Part shown: positions 1-9,857 of the stretch, piece after piece
How the letters are laid out: each line of letters opens with the position of its first letter
Numbering within the stretch: the stretch's first letter is position 1
NCBI GenBank assembly: GCA_965369655.1
Contig: CBDUQR010000003.1
Location: forward strand, 32,354 to 96,353
DNA from: an uncultured bacterium
GTDB lineage: Bacteria; Zixibacteria; MSB-5A5; JAABVY01; JAHJOQ01
Reading direction: 5' to 3'
DNA: 64,000 bases
The notes under the pieces: generated by a model
The model's input: the letters and a program-made list of their open reading frames with translations, nothing else
The model's database searches: none
What the model was told of the DNA's origin: nothing
Program-made: the position numbers and the translations under genes

Positions 1-276
1 ATCGTGTCTGATGACTACGTGGCGATCAACGTTGTCGGGGTAATCAGAGCGGCAGACATGTCCGCCTCTGTGCCGGCACCGGAGATTCCTGCTGAGCTAA
101 TGGATACAAGTTTTGACTCTCTCGTGATTGACGAATCGAAAACCGGTGGTAAACTCCTGTTCAGGCTGGCTGAATGCGTGACCGGTATTGTGATACACGA
201 AAAGGTGAAAAACCATCTCATAGAGAAAGGTCTCGATTCACTCGGATTTATCGAACCCGAAAACTGGATGTCTTAG
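1..276 (+). CDS. Imm11/DUF1629-like immunity protein, 5'-truncated by window edge
   Basis: C-terminal pattern Y..INVVG....D...S ... LFRLAE....IVIHEKVKNHL...GL..L.F resembles Imm11/DUF1629; lies next to a TIGR02270-like gene. Confidence 0.5.
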   Translation: MVSDDYVAINVVGVIRAADMSASVPAPEIPAELMDTSFDSLVIDESKTGGKLLFRLAECVTGIVIHEKVKNHLIEKGLDSLGFIEPENWMS

Positions 277-336
277 ATGCGTTGCTCAACCTGATACTGT
301 GTATAGTTCAGTTGAGCCAATCAAGATATTGATCCA

Positions 337-1602
337 ATGAACTTACCCGCTGAGAATACCGCGTTCGCTCGTCGTCTCTACGGCGATCATATCGAGGAGA
401 TCGAATTTCTCCTCGCGCAGAGGATTGGTCTGTTCCATGATCCTGAAATCATGTGGCCGGATATCGCCGAGTTCGAAGAACGACTCATGGCTCATGTCGA
501 CGGCATGGTGTTAGGCGGCGAAGCAGCCGACGAGATTGCAATCGGGCTGCTCGACGATGACGACATCGACATTGTGCGCGGTTCGGCATTCACACTCGCA
601 TACTCCGAACAAACATCCGCGCTGGAAGCGGTCATCGACAGAATGATTCATGCGAGTGACGAAACGCTGCCCGCTTATGTCGATGCCCTGAAACACCCAC
701 CGAGCAATCTAATCGCGACTCTGCTTTCTCATCTATTAGAACATGACCGCCCGGAAGTGCGGGCTGCGGCAGTGGAAATTCTCGGCTATCGCCGCGAAGG
801 AGATCCGGAACACATCGCCGCAATGCTCGACGACAGTGATAACCACGTTGCCCGGCAGGCCGCTATTGCGATCCGCCGTCTTCGATATGAGAAAGCCACG
901 GACAGACTGGTTGCGATACTCGACTCGGCAGACACATCCGTAGCTATCGAAGCCGGTTTTGCGCTGATGACGTTCCAATCGCCCGCAGGCATCGATTGGT
1001 TGCGTGCAACCTGCTCGGCTGCTCACCAGGATTCAGGCAAGGCAGCCATATACCTTGCACTCGCCGGCAACCTGAGAGATGCCGAGAGCATCGTTGGAAC
1101 CGATTCCGGAATGACGTCGGATGGTCTCGGGGCACTCGGAATTATCGGTAATCCATCCTCCTTTGACAATCTGATTCAGGCAATGAATTCCGACGACGAT
1201 TCCATCCGCCTCGCAGCCGCCGAGGCGATATATCTGATCACTGGTGCCGGATTGATCGAGGAGTATACTCATGTCGAAGAGTGGATCGGCCCCGATGAAT
1301 CCGAGATCGAGACGGATGAGACGACATTGACCAGAGTCTCCACTTCGCCTGACGCATGGTCAGCCTGGCTCAGCGAAAACGGCGAGAATTTCACACGTGG
1401 GCAGAGATGGCGAAACGGCAAACCCTTTGCAGAGTCACTTCTCGTATACGAGATTGCCGATCCCAGGTCGCGCTGCGATCGACGACAGCATGCGTATCTC
1501 GAACTGCTCGTGCGAGGAACATGCGATGAGCCATTTGAGGCCGACTGGTTCATCTCGTCACAGAACATAGCGATTGCGCGGATTAGAGACATTCACGGCT
1601 GA
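337..1602 (+). CDS. HEAT-repeat protein, TIGR02270-like (secretion/effector-locus associated)
   Basis: N-terminal H.EE..FL..QR...EERL.AHVDG, several HEAT repeats (EVRAAAVEILG, IRLAAAEAIYLITG), C-terminal RWRNGKP. Confidence 0.65.
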   Translation: MNLPAENTAFARRLYGDHIEEIEFLLAQRIGLFHDPEIMWPDIAEFEERLMAHVDGMVLGGEAADEIAIGLLDDDDIDIVRGSAFTLAYSEQTSALEAVIDRMIHASDETLPAYVDALKHPPSNLIATLLSHLLEHDRPEVRAAAVEILGYRREGDPEHIAAMLDDSDNHVARQAAIAIRRLRYEKATDRLVAILDSADTSVAIEAGFALMTFQSPAGIDWLRATCSAAHQDSGKAAIYLALAGNLRDAESIVGTDSGMTSDGLGALGIIGNPSSFDNLIQAMNSDDDSIRLAAAEAIYLITGAGLIEEYTHVEEWIGPDESEIETDETTLTRVSTSPDAWSAWLSENGENFTRGQRWRNGKPFAESLLVYEIADPRSRCDRRQHAYLELLVRGTCDEPFEADWFISSQNIAIARIRDIHG

Positions 1603-1658
1603 ATCAGGACACCGGCTATCAGATTGAATTCGTTGATACGCCATATCGATAGTAGTTC

Positions 1659-2648
1659 TCAACTTATGTGATCGGGTGACTCTCGCCCCAGATACTTCAC
1701 TCGCGCATCTGTCATGTTGCCGCCCTGAGCGGTCCAGTTCGCAATCGCTCTCTCTCCGCCACCCATGAAAATATCGATGTGATAGTCATTGATCCCGCCG
1801 CCGGTGTCGTCAGCTCTCCTCACGCCAACCCGCTCGATGTTGACCCAGTGACCTGATGGAATTATCTTCGGATCCACAGCAATCGAGACTCCCTCCACAA
1901 CAGGCCGAAACGCGCCGCCCAAACCGTAGTCAAATTTGGCATTCTCCTGTTTGGTTATGCGGCGGAAACCATCCTCCCATGCGAGGTCACGCGGATTGAT
2001 GATCCTGATGTATTGACCGTCTGATGTCTGCCCCGATCCCTGCATACAGACGCCTTTTCCGGAAAAGAGAAAGTCATCCTTGTGCCGCTCATGAAGCCCG
2101 CGTGCATCGACCAGCTCGCCTCGAAAGTCATCCTCATGGCAGACATTGTAGGCTGTGACATAAAACGCACTCTCATACCAGGCTTTGTCGAAATCGACCT
2201 GCAGTGGGCTGTGTTTGAATTCTGCGTACGGTGCAGTCAGTCGGAACTCATGGATGCCACCTTCGCGTGACTCGACCCTGAACGATGTCTTTCCTGTTGA
2301 GTCTGACGATTCGGGCTGTGTGATGCTGTCGGATGCGACATTCGACAGAGCCGACACCTGAACACCCTGCATCGGGGAGCCGTTTCGGGTAATGGTCACC
2401 GCAATATCGATGCGTCTGAGCAGACTGTGACTTTCCACTCTCGAATCGGCCGGAATCAGCGGCAGACCTTCTCGATACGATTTATCCACTGCCATACGAG
2501 CGAGAACTGCTACCGATTGCTCATCACTCGATTCTTTCGATGGACCACCGAGCAGACGAGCAATCAGCTCGATGATCGGCTTCAAGACAACCCACAGGCA
2601 GCGATCAACCGTCTCACCAGCGGCACGCAATATTCTCAACCTCGCCAA
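1659..2648 (-). CDS. Ig-like domain + 3D (Asp-Asp-Asp) domain protein, putative peptidoglycan lytic transglycosylase
   Basis: 3D motif IAVDPKIIP.G...RADDTGGGI..YHIDIF and upstream VTAY; preceding beta-rich Big_1-like segment. Confidence 0.75.
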   Translation of the reverse strand: MARLRILRAAGETVDRCLWVVLKPIIELIARLLGGPSKESSDEQSVAVLARMAVDKSYREGLPLIPADSRVESHSLLRRIDIAVTITRNGSPMQGVQVSALSNVASDSITQPESSDSTGKTSFRVESREGGIHEFRLTAPYAEFKHSPLQVDFDKAWYESAFYVTAYNVCHEDDFRGELVDARGLHERHKDDFLFSGKGVCMQGSGQTSDGQYIRIINPRDLAWEDGFRRITKQENAKFDYGLGGAFRPVVEGVSIAVDPKIIPSGHWVNIERVGVRRADDTGGGINDYHIDIFMGGGERAIANWTAQGGNMTDARVKYLGRESPDHIS

Positions 2649-2722
2649 TTTCCATCATCTTTCCCCCAGACCGAAATATGATACCTCAACTTCCGGATTC
2701 CAAACCGCATAAGAAATGACAC

Positions 2723-2751
2723 TTGACACCGCATTCGGTTAAGGTTATAAT
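2723..2751 (+). promoter_or_regulatory. Consensus sigma70 promoter of oadGAB
   Basis: TTGACA (2723-2728), 17 bp, TATAAT (2746-2751). Confidence 0.85.
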
Positions 2752-2858
2752 TCAGCCTTTGTTGACCGAGTTCATGCACTGAAATACAGAAGATGCGTGC
2801 CTACATTCGAGGCACCTGTCACAACCACAAGACCAAATAGCTGCGGGAGTGTTTCCTT

Positions 2859-3071
2859 ATGGACATCACTGAGCTTCTCTTAGTCTGCGTATCAGCATTC
2901 GCCGCAGTTTTTGTACTGCTTTCGATACTTGCGGTACTCATGCGACTGATACTGGTCGTATTCCCCGCGAGAGAACAGCAGGGAGATGCGGCAGTGATTG
3001 CGGCTGTTTCGACGACAATGGCCGCGCTTTATCCCGGAACACGGATAACCAGGATCGAGGAGATCAAATGA
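2859..3071 (+). CDS. oadG: Na+-transporting decarboxylase gamma subunit
   Basis: Small single-TM protein with AVIAAV motif; stop overlaps start of the alpha subunit. Confidence 0.75.
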   Translation: MDITELLLVCVSAFAAVFVLLSILAVLMRLILVVFPAREQQGDAAVIAAVSTTMAALYPGTRITRIEEIK

Positions 3072-4930
3072 TTTTCACCGAGCAGAAAAAGACAATCCGC
3101 GTAATGTTCACCCCGTTTCGGGATGGGCTGCAAAGCTCATTTGGCGGAAAAGTTCGCCTGCAGGATTTCCTGCCTGCGATGGTTTACGCCGCCAAAGAAA
3201 CGGGAATCCATCACTTCGAATTCGGAGGCGGCGCTCGCTACCAGGCTCCGTTTTTCTATCTCGGAGAGGATCCGTTCGAGACGATGCAGAAGATCAGGGA
3301 TGCGGTTGGCCCGGAGCCCGATCTGCAGATTCTCACTCGTTCAGTCTCAGGTGTAACCCTTACGACCCAGTCAATCGAAGCACTGACTCTCCAGGCCCAG
3401 CTGATGAAAAAGTATGGCACGACCTGGGATCGCAATTTCGATTACATGAACGATACCGACAACCTGATCAACACCGGCAGGCCGATAGTCGATTCCGGCA
3501 TGCACCACCAGGCCTGCATCGCCATGATGGGTCTGCCGTTCCATTCAGACAAAGTCCATACTGCAGAATTTTATGTGAACATCGCGAAGAAGCTTCTCGA
3601 AAGCGATATTCAGATCGACAGTATCTGCATGAAAGATGCGAGTGGTACGACCGATCCCAAAACATGCTATGACACCGCGGTCGGCCTGAGAAAGATCATG
3701 CCTCCCGAAATGCCGCTCTGGATGCACACTCACGACACTGCCAGCATGGCGGTCGCCTGCTATATGGCGGGCATCGCGGGCGGCGTCGATGGAATCGATC
3801 TGTCGGTGAGACCTCTCGCAAGCGGCACTGTCCAGCCGGATGTCCGGTCAATGGCGCACGCTCTCAAGGGTACCGGCTACGATCTCGATCTCGATCCCGA
3901 CAAGATGCAGACGATCGAAGATATGCTCAACGAGTCGATGAAAGATTACGCATTCAACCCGGCCACGACCACTCCCGATGCGCGTGTAGTTGGATTCCCG
4001 ATGCCGGGCGGCGCGATCGGTCCAAATGTACACATGATGGTGAAATCGGGCGTGATACATAAGTACGGCGATGTGCTCGCTGAGTTCCCCGTTGTCGTGG
4101 AGGCCGGAGGCGCATGGACATCGGTGACGCCCGGAAGCCAGCAGTACTGGCTGCAGGCGTTCAACAATGTTCTCTACGGGCGCTGGGATAAAATTGAAGC
4201 GGGCTATGGCCGAGCGGTGCTCGGCTATTTCGGCAAGACGCCATTGCCGCCTGATCCTGAAGTCGTTAAAATGGCGTCGAAACAGCTTGGACTCGAGCCG
4301 TTCGACGGTGATCCGCTCGAAGCAGCCCCCAGGAATATCGAACCAGCGAAGAAGGCGCTCGAAGAGCGCGGATTGTCCACTGACGAGAAGAATATCTTCC
4401 TGGTGGTCAGCGCGATGGTGCCCGGAAAGAAAATGGAAACCAACGAAGGCATCAGACTCCTGACAGGCAAACCGAAAATCGACGTACCCCTGAAGAAGAA
4501 AGAAGAACCAAAACCGGCTTCGGTAGCTGCAGCGGCAGTGAATCCCGGACAGGCGGCCGCAATCACAGGACCTGTCACATCACGATGCGTTGTCGATGAA
4601 GGCGGCTCGATCAGAACATTCACAGTTACAATTGAACCGACTGGCGCAGTCGCTTCGGCAACCGCTACGCAGACAATCGCCGCCGCCCCCGCTGCTCCGC
4701 CTGTTTCCGGCGGCACAAAAGTCATGTCGAGTTTTGCCGGTTTGGTTGAGGTTGTCGATATCCTCGTCAAAGTCGGAGATACTGTCAGCAAAGGCCATGT
4801 CATCGCGGCAGTCGAGGCGATGAAAGCGAAGCATGATATCAAGTCGCCATGTGACGGCAAGGTGACATCTATTGATGTCGCGATAGGCGACGAGATTGAT
4901 TCAACCAAACCGATCATGACCATCGCTTAG
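3068..4930 (+). CDS. oadA: Oxaloacetate decarboxylase alpha / carboxyltransferase with biotinyl domain
   Basis: RDGLQS, KDASG, HTHDT, VTPGSQ motifs; Ala/Pro linker; EAMK biotin site. Confidence 0.9.
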   Translation: MIFTEQKKTIRVMFTPFRDGLQSSFGGKVRLQDFLPAMVYAAKETGIHHFEFGGGARYQAPFFYLGEDPFETMQKIRDAVGPEPDLQILTRSVSGVTLTTQSIEALTLQAQLMKKYGTTWDRNFDYMNDTDNLINTGRPIVDSGMHHQACIAMMGLPFHSDKVHTAEFYVNIAKKLLESDIQIDSICMKDASGTTDPKTCYDTAVGLRKIMPPEMPLWMHTHDTASMAVACYMAGIAGGVDGIDLSVRPLASGTVQPDVRSMAHALKGTGYDLDLDPDKMQTIEDMLNESMKDYAFNPATTTPDARVVGFPMPGGAIGPNVHMMVKSGVIHKYGDVLAEFPVVVEAGGAWTSVTPGSQQYWLQAFNNVLYGRWDKIEAGYGRAVLGYFGKTPLPPDPEVVKMASKQLGLEPFDGDPLEAAPRNIEPAKKALEERGLSTDEKNIFLVVSAMVPGKKMETNEGIRLLTGKPKIDVPLKKKEEPKPASVAAAAVNPGQAAAITGPVTSRCVVDEGGSIRTFTVTIEPTGAVASATATQTIAAAPAAPPVSGGTKVMSSFAGLVEVVDILVKVGDTVSKGHVIAAVEAMKAKHDIKSPCDGKVTSIDVAIGDEIDSTKPIMTIA

Positions 4931-4942
4931 GCGCTGCAGCAC

Positions 4943-6070
4943 ATGGATACAATAATAGAGCTACTCAGGCAGTCCGGCTTTTCCAACATATCGTTTGGGA
5001 ATCTGGCGATGTTTGCCATTGCCGGAACTCTCATCTATCTTGCGATAGCGAAGAATTATGAGCCAATGCTTCTGATACCGATCGGATTCGGCGCGATGCT
5101 CGCGAACCTCCCTATGGCCGACATGGGATCTTACGGCCAGGGCCTGATGGGGCTGATATATAAGACGGGAATCAAGACTGAGCTTCTCCCGCCGATTGTA
5201 TTCCTCGGTATAGGAGCCCTGATCGATTTCCGTCCGCTCCTTGGGCGTCCTCTCACGTTCCTGCTTGGCGCAGCAGCTCAACTCGGTATTTTTATCGCGG
5301 CGATAGGAGCCGCATGGCTGCTCGGATTCTCATTGAAGGAAGCAGCCAGTATCGGCATTATTGGAGGCGCCGACGGTCCGACCTCGATATTCCTTGCGTC
5401 GCAACTCGCACCGCACCTTCTCGGACCGATAGCGGTTGCAGCATACAGTTATATGTCACTCGTACCGATTATCCAGCCGCCGATAATGCGTATGCTGACA
5501 TCTAAGAAAGAACGTGCGATAGACATGCCACAGGCCAGGCCTGTCTCAAGGACGGCGGTAATCCTGTTTCCGATCGTTACCGGTATTGTGGCTTGTCTCG
5601 GTATTCCGTCGAGTGCTCCACTCATCGGGATGCTTATGTTTGGCAACCTACTGCGCGAATGCGGTGTGACAGAGCGCCTGCGCAAAACTGCGGGCGGCTC
5701 ATTGATAGATATCGTTACGTTATTTCTCTGTCTTGTGGTCGGAGCCACAATGGATGCCGTGCATTTCCTGAACCTCGCAACAATCAAGATACTCCTGCTC
5801 GGAGCAGTTGCATTCTCGTTCAGCACTGCGGGCGGAATTATGCTCGCGAAAATCCTGAACATCTTTCTCGCAAAAGGAAAAAAGATCAATCCTTGCATCG
5901 GCGCGGCGGGTGTGTCAGCTGTACCGATGGCGGCGCGCGTCGTACAGAGATTCGTTTCGGATGAGACTGACGGCAGAGTCAATCCGCTGATGCCTGCTAT
6001 GGGACCGAATGTCGCAGGCGTAATCGGATCGGCCGTAGCGGCGGGAGTATTCCTGACGCTGCTGTCATAG
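4943..6070 (+). CDS. oadB: Na+-transporting decarboxylase beta subunit
   Basis: IGIIGGADGPT, AAYSYMSLVPIIQPP, AGVSAVPMAAR, AMGPNVAGVIGSA. Confidence 0.95.
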   Translation: MDTIIELLRQSGFSNISFGNLAMFAIAGTLIYLAIAKNYEPMLLIPIGFGAMLANLPMADMGSYGQGLMGLIYKTGIKTELLPPIVFLGIGALIDFRPLLGRPLTFLLGAAAQLGIFIAAIGAAWLLGFSLKEAASIGIIGGADGPTSIFLASQLAPHLLGPIAVAAYSYMSLVPIIQPPIMRMLTSKKERAIDMPQARPVSRTAVILFPIVTGIVACLGIPSSAPLIGMLMFGNLLRECGVTERLRKTAGGSLIDIVTLFLCLVVGATMDAVHFLNLATIKILLLGAVAFSFSTAGGIMLAKILNIFLAKGKKINPCIGAAGVSAVPMAARVVQRFVSDETDGRVNPLMPAMGPNVAGVIGSAVAAGVFLTLLS

Positions 6071-6147
6071 CTGAGATGCACAGATAACACAATCGAAAGG
6101 CAACAGTCGAGTAGAGCCCTTTAGCGGTTCTGCCGCTCTTCCTGAAT

Positions 6148-6205
6148 GGCAGAATCACTCCGTTTCGCTTCCCTTCGCAGGGCTCAGGACTTCGCGGATT
6201 CTGCC
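6148..6205. repeat. REP-like hairpin with CCTTCG..GCTCAGGA insert
   Basis: GGCAGAATC...GATTCTGCC arms enclosing cccttcgcagggctcagga, a module also seen at 21129, 22148, 33217, 61743 and 61841. Confidence 0.55.
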
Positions 6206-6401
6206 CGTCTGCTACCCTCTCCCAGTTTTCAAGATGTCGAGACCGCGCGGGTTTCAACATGCTCGACTCAACTCTGTTTCATTCCGAATAATGTAATCGC
6301 GCAATAGTCCGATAAGATATTTAGTGCCAAAGGGGGAGGGCAAGTACGTCCGACAAGAAGCATCTGCCGGGCGGACAGCGAATTATGCTATTCGGGAGCG
6401 A

Positions 6402-8132
6402 ATGATGAACCGTCGCATCGGCGATATTCTGATCGACAAAGGATTGATCACCGACGAAACCCTCCAGCAAACTCTCGAAATCCAGAAACAGACCGGCAAG
6501 AAACTCGGTCAGGTCCTGGTAGATGAGCGATATATCACCGAGAATGATCTTGCCGAAGCGATCTCCGAGCGGCTGGACATCCCGAAGATGTCGCTCGAAA
6601 ACATCGTCATCGATCCGGAGTTGATGCAACTTGTCGGCTGCGATCTGGCGAAGCGTCATCAACTCGTCCCGGTGTTCAGGCTCGGCAACACTCTGACCGT
6701 AGCTATGTCGGACCCGATCAATGTCATTGCGGTAGATGAACTCAGATTCCTTACCAAGCACAAGATAAACAGGGTAGTTGCAACACATTCCGATATCAGC
6801 TCAGCGATCGAGGAGCATTACTCGGTCAGAGATTCACTCGACCAGGCACTCGAGGATGCTACCCGACAGAAAGAATCTGAGCTGCTGGACATGGCTGGCG
6901 GTGATGTTCGCGACGAAACGCTCGCAGGTGAGGCGCCTGTAATCAAGTATGTCAATCTTCTCATAGCACAGGCGGTTAGTAACCGGGCGTCCGACATCCA
7001 TATCGAGCCGGACGAGAAGAGCGTCAGGATACGGTATCGAGTCAACGGATTGCTTCAGAAGGAAGGTAGCCCGCCGAAAGCGATTCAGTCGGCATTGATT
7101 ACGAGACTTAAGATCATGGCTGAGATCGACGTCTCAGAGAAACGGGTACCACAGGACGGCAGATTCACATTCAACTGGGGAAGCCGGACTGTCGATGTTC
7201 GACTCTCGACACTGCCGACTATTCATGGCGAGAAAATCGTCATGCGTCTGCTCGATCGAAGGAACCTGCTGCTTGGATTGGAGAATCTCGGATTCAGCGA
7301 TAATGTACTCCGGGGATTCCAGAGCATAACTCGCAAGCCTGAAGGGTTGATCCTGATTTCGGGTCCGACCGGATCGGGCAAAACGTCAACACTTTATGCC
7401 GTGCTTGACGAAATCAACTCCATCGAGAAAAACGTGATTACCGTTGAAGATCCGGTCGAGTATAACCTGCCCGGCATCAATCAGGTGCAGACCAACGAGA
7501 AAGCCGGTCTGACATTTGCGAGTTGCCTGAGGTCTATCCTGCGGCAGAATCCGGATGTGATAATGGTCGGCGAGATCCGCGACGCCGAGACTGCGGCAAT
7601 GGCTATCCGATCTGCAATGACGGGACACCTGGTCTTATCGACGATACACACTAACGACGCTGCCGGAGCTGTTACTCGCCTCAACGACATGGGTATCGAA
7701 AGCTTCCTTCTGGCATCGAGTCTGTTAGGAGTTCTTGCGCAGAGACTGGTTCGCGCGGTCTGCCCATCTTGCAAGACTGAGGATACTGTTCCGTCTGCTC
7801 TGCTGAATGACCTCGACATCCGTGAGGGTAAAGACGCAACGTTCTATCAGGGTGTCGGGTGCGATGAGTGCCACATGACTGGCTATCGGGGCAGAATGGG
7901 TGTATTTGAGTTCCTGCCTGTAACTAACAAGATCAAGGATCTCATACTGGCTGATAGTTCGTCCGGTCAGATCATGACTGCTGCAGTGGCCGAAGGCATG
8001 GTGACGCTGTACCGTGATGCCCTGAGCAAGGCGTTCGATGGCAAGACAACCTACCGAGAAGTACTCCGGGTCAGCCAGCGTGGCGAAAAACCAGTACGGA
8101 GCAGAGTGAATGCCGCAACAGTACAAGTATAA
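6402..8132 (+). CDS. GspE/PilB/MshE assembly ATPase with N-terminal MshEN c-di-GMP-binding motif
   Basis: RIGDILIDKGLITDETLQQTLEIQ..KLGQVLV tandem motif; ASDIHIEP, GPTGSGKTST, LRQNPD, GEIRD, TGHLV, CxxC pairs. ORF is open from 6324; ATG at 6402 has a GGGAG RBS. Confidence 0.93.
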   Translation: MMNRRIGDILIDKGLITDETLQQTLEIQKQTGKKLGQVLVDERYITENDLAEAISERLDIPKMSLENIVIDPELMQLVGCDLAKRHQLVPVFRLGNTLTVAMSDPINVIAVDELRFLTKHKINRVVATHSDISSAIEEHYSVRDSLDQALEDATRQKESELLDMAGGDVRDETLAGEAPVIKYVNLLIAQAVSNRASDIHIEPDEKSVRIRYRVNGLLQKEGSPPKAIQSALITRLKIMAEIDVSEKRVPQDGRFTFNWGSRTVDVRLSTLPTIHGEKIVMRLLDRRNLLLGLENLGFSDNVLRGFQSITRKPEGLILISGPTGSGKTSTLYAVLDEINSIEKNVITVEDPVEYNLPGINQVQTNEKAGLTFASCLRSILRQNPDVIMVGEIRDAETAAMAIRSAMTGHLVLSTIHTNDAAGAVTRLNDMGIESFLLASSLLGVLAQRLVRAVCPSCKTEDTVPSALLNDLDIREGKDATFYQGVGCDECHMTGYRGRMGVFEFLPVTNKIKDLILADSSSGQIMTAAVAEGMVTLYRDALSKAFDGKTTYREVLRVSQRGEKPVRSRVNAATVQV

Positions 8133-9327
8133 GGTCAGGGACAAGTCGGGCGCGCTGATCACCGGTACGGTGAGAGGCGAAGACACAGCCTCGGTAGAGA
8201 CTTATCTCGAATCGCTCGATCTGATTCCGATCAAGATAACACCTCAGCGCGATTTCTCGATACGCAAGATCCTCCTTATCGGCGGATCGAAGCCACGGAT
8301 TGATGATATTGTGCTCATTACGAGAAAAATGTCGACACTCTACCGTGCCGGCATTCCGATCCTGAAATCCCTCGAGATAATTGCCGAGCAATACGAAGAA
8401 GTCATGCTTGGCACTATCCTCCTGTCAATTAGGGATGATCTGGAGCGTGGAGAGCACCTGTCTGACTGCATGGCAAAATACCCTAAAGTGTTTTCGCGCA
8501 TCTACGTGTCGAGCGTCAGGGCGGCTGAGGCGTCTGGAAAACTCGACATCGTTCTCGACAGTCTTGCCGAATCTATGGAGCAGGACCTCGTCACGCGTGA
8601 AGAGGTCAGGAAAGCCCTGAGATATCCTGTTACAGTTATGATAGCCATCTCGATCGCGTTTATTGTATTGACCACGTTCGTTGTTCCGAAATTCACCCAG
8701 TTTTACGGCTCCTACAATACCGAATTACCCGCACCGACACGGATCATTATCGTCATCAGCGACGTATTGAGAAATCTCTGGTATATGCTCCTTCCGGGCG
8801 CCGTCTTTGGCATCTTCGGCCTGAGGAAATTAGTAAAACAACCCGCAATGAGACCCTATGTGGATTCGTTCCTGCTGAAACTTCCGGTTGTCGGAAACCT
8901 GCTGGTCAAGACTGCGCTGTCACGGTTTTCGCATATCCTGTCGGTGCTGGTGGCATCGGGGACCCCTCTTATCCAAAGTCTGGAGATAGTCAGGGACGCA
9001 GTCGGGAACCATGTGATCAGCAGCGAAATAGGCAGGATGAGTAACGGAATGCGAGAGGGACGCAGTCTGGCCGAATGCAGGCATCACATGAAACATTTCC
9101 CCAAGCTTGCCATTTCTCTGATGCATGTCGGTCTCGAATCGGGTTCGCTCGAAATGACCCTGAAAGAAATCAGCAGATTTTTCGATCGAGAGGTCCACTA
9201 TACGTCGAGCCGACTCACCAGCATGTTGGAGCCATTTGTCCTGATCATTGTGGCTGGTATGGTCCTGGTTCTCGCTCTTGCCATATTCCTGCCAATGTGG
9301 AATTTAATATCCGTGTTCAAGGCGTGA
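8110..9327 (+). CDS. GspF/PilC/MshG inner-membrane platform protein
   Basis: AGIPI..SL, E.SGKLD, ALRYP, GLESGSL, MLEP motifs; three TM segments. Confidence 0.93.
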   Translation: MPQQYKYKVRDKSGALITGTVRGEDTASVETYLESLDLIPIKITPQRDFSIRKILLIGGSKPRIDDIVLITRKMSTLYRAGIPILKSLEIIAEQYEEVMLGTILLSIRDDLERGEHLSDCMAKYPKVFSRIYVSSVRAAEASGKLDIVLDSLAESMEQDLVTREEVRKALRYPVTVMIAISIAFIVLTTFVVPKFTQFYGSYNTELPAPTRIIIVISDVLRNLWYMLLPGAVFGIFGLRKLVKQPAMRPYVDSFLLKLPVVGNLLVKTALSRFSHILSVLVASGTPLIQSLEIVRDAVGNHVISSEIGRMSNGMREGRSLAECRHHMKHFPKLAISLMHVGLESGSLEMTLKEISRFFDREVHYTSSRLTSMLEPFVLIIVAGMVLVLALAIFLPMWNLISVFKA

Positions 9328-9331
9328 TCGT

Positions 9332-9358
9332 TCAACTCCAAGTCCAATATGCCGATAT
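9332..9358 (+). promoter_or_regulatory. Putative sigma28-like promoter of the major pilin
   Basis: TCAA-N15-GCCGATAT about 45 bp before the pilin ATG (9403); AGGAG RBS at 9390. Confidence 0.45.
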
Positions 9359-9402
9359 GCTGAGTGTAAGAATGGCTGCATGTGAAAAAAGGAGTAACTA
9401 CT

Positions 9403-9832
9403 ATGAAGAACTTCAGGAAGAAGCTTGACGCAAAGGGCTTCACCCTCATCGAGTTGGTAATCATCATCGTGGTTCTCGGCATTCTCGCCGCAGTGGCCAT
9501 TCCCGAAGTATCAAAACATTGCGTCCGAAGCGAGGGAATCATCCTGCAAGGGTTCGCTTGGCTCGCTCCGCAGCGCAGTATCGATCTGGTATGCCAAAGA
9601 AGCCGCCAGTGGTGTTGCCAATCCGACCTATCCACCAATCGATTCGCTGAGAAAGATCGGAGTCGTGATGGACAAGAGCATACCATCGAATCCTTATCAG
9701 ACGAATGCCGGAGACTATATCGTGGTCGGTAAGACCAAGGGTAAGATCGTTGGAAAGAAAGGCGGCTGGGCCTACAAAGAGAGTACTGGTGAAATCTGGC
9801 CCAATACCAGCGGCTCCGGAGAGAACAATTAG
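9403..9832 (+). pseudogene. Major type IV pilin (MshA-like) with a +1 frameshift at 9502-9504
   Basis: KGFTLIELVIIIVVLGILAAVAIP; removing one C from ATTCCCGAAG gives IPKYQNIASEARESSCKGSLGSLRSAVSIWYAK...GGWAYKESTGEIWPNTSGSGENN*, stop at 9830-9832. Confidence 0.85.
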
Positions 9833-9857
9833 TAAGTCAAACTCGAGGATTTTCAAT

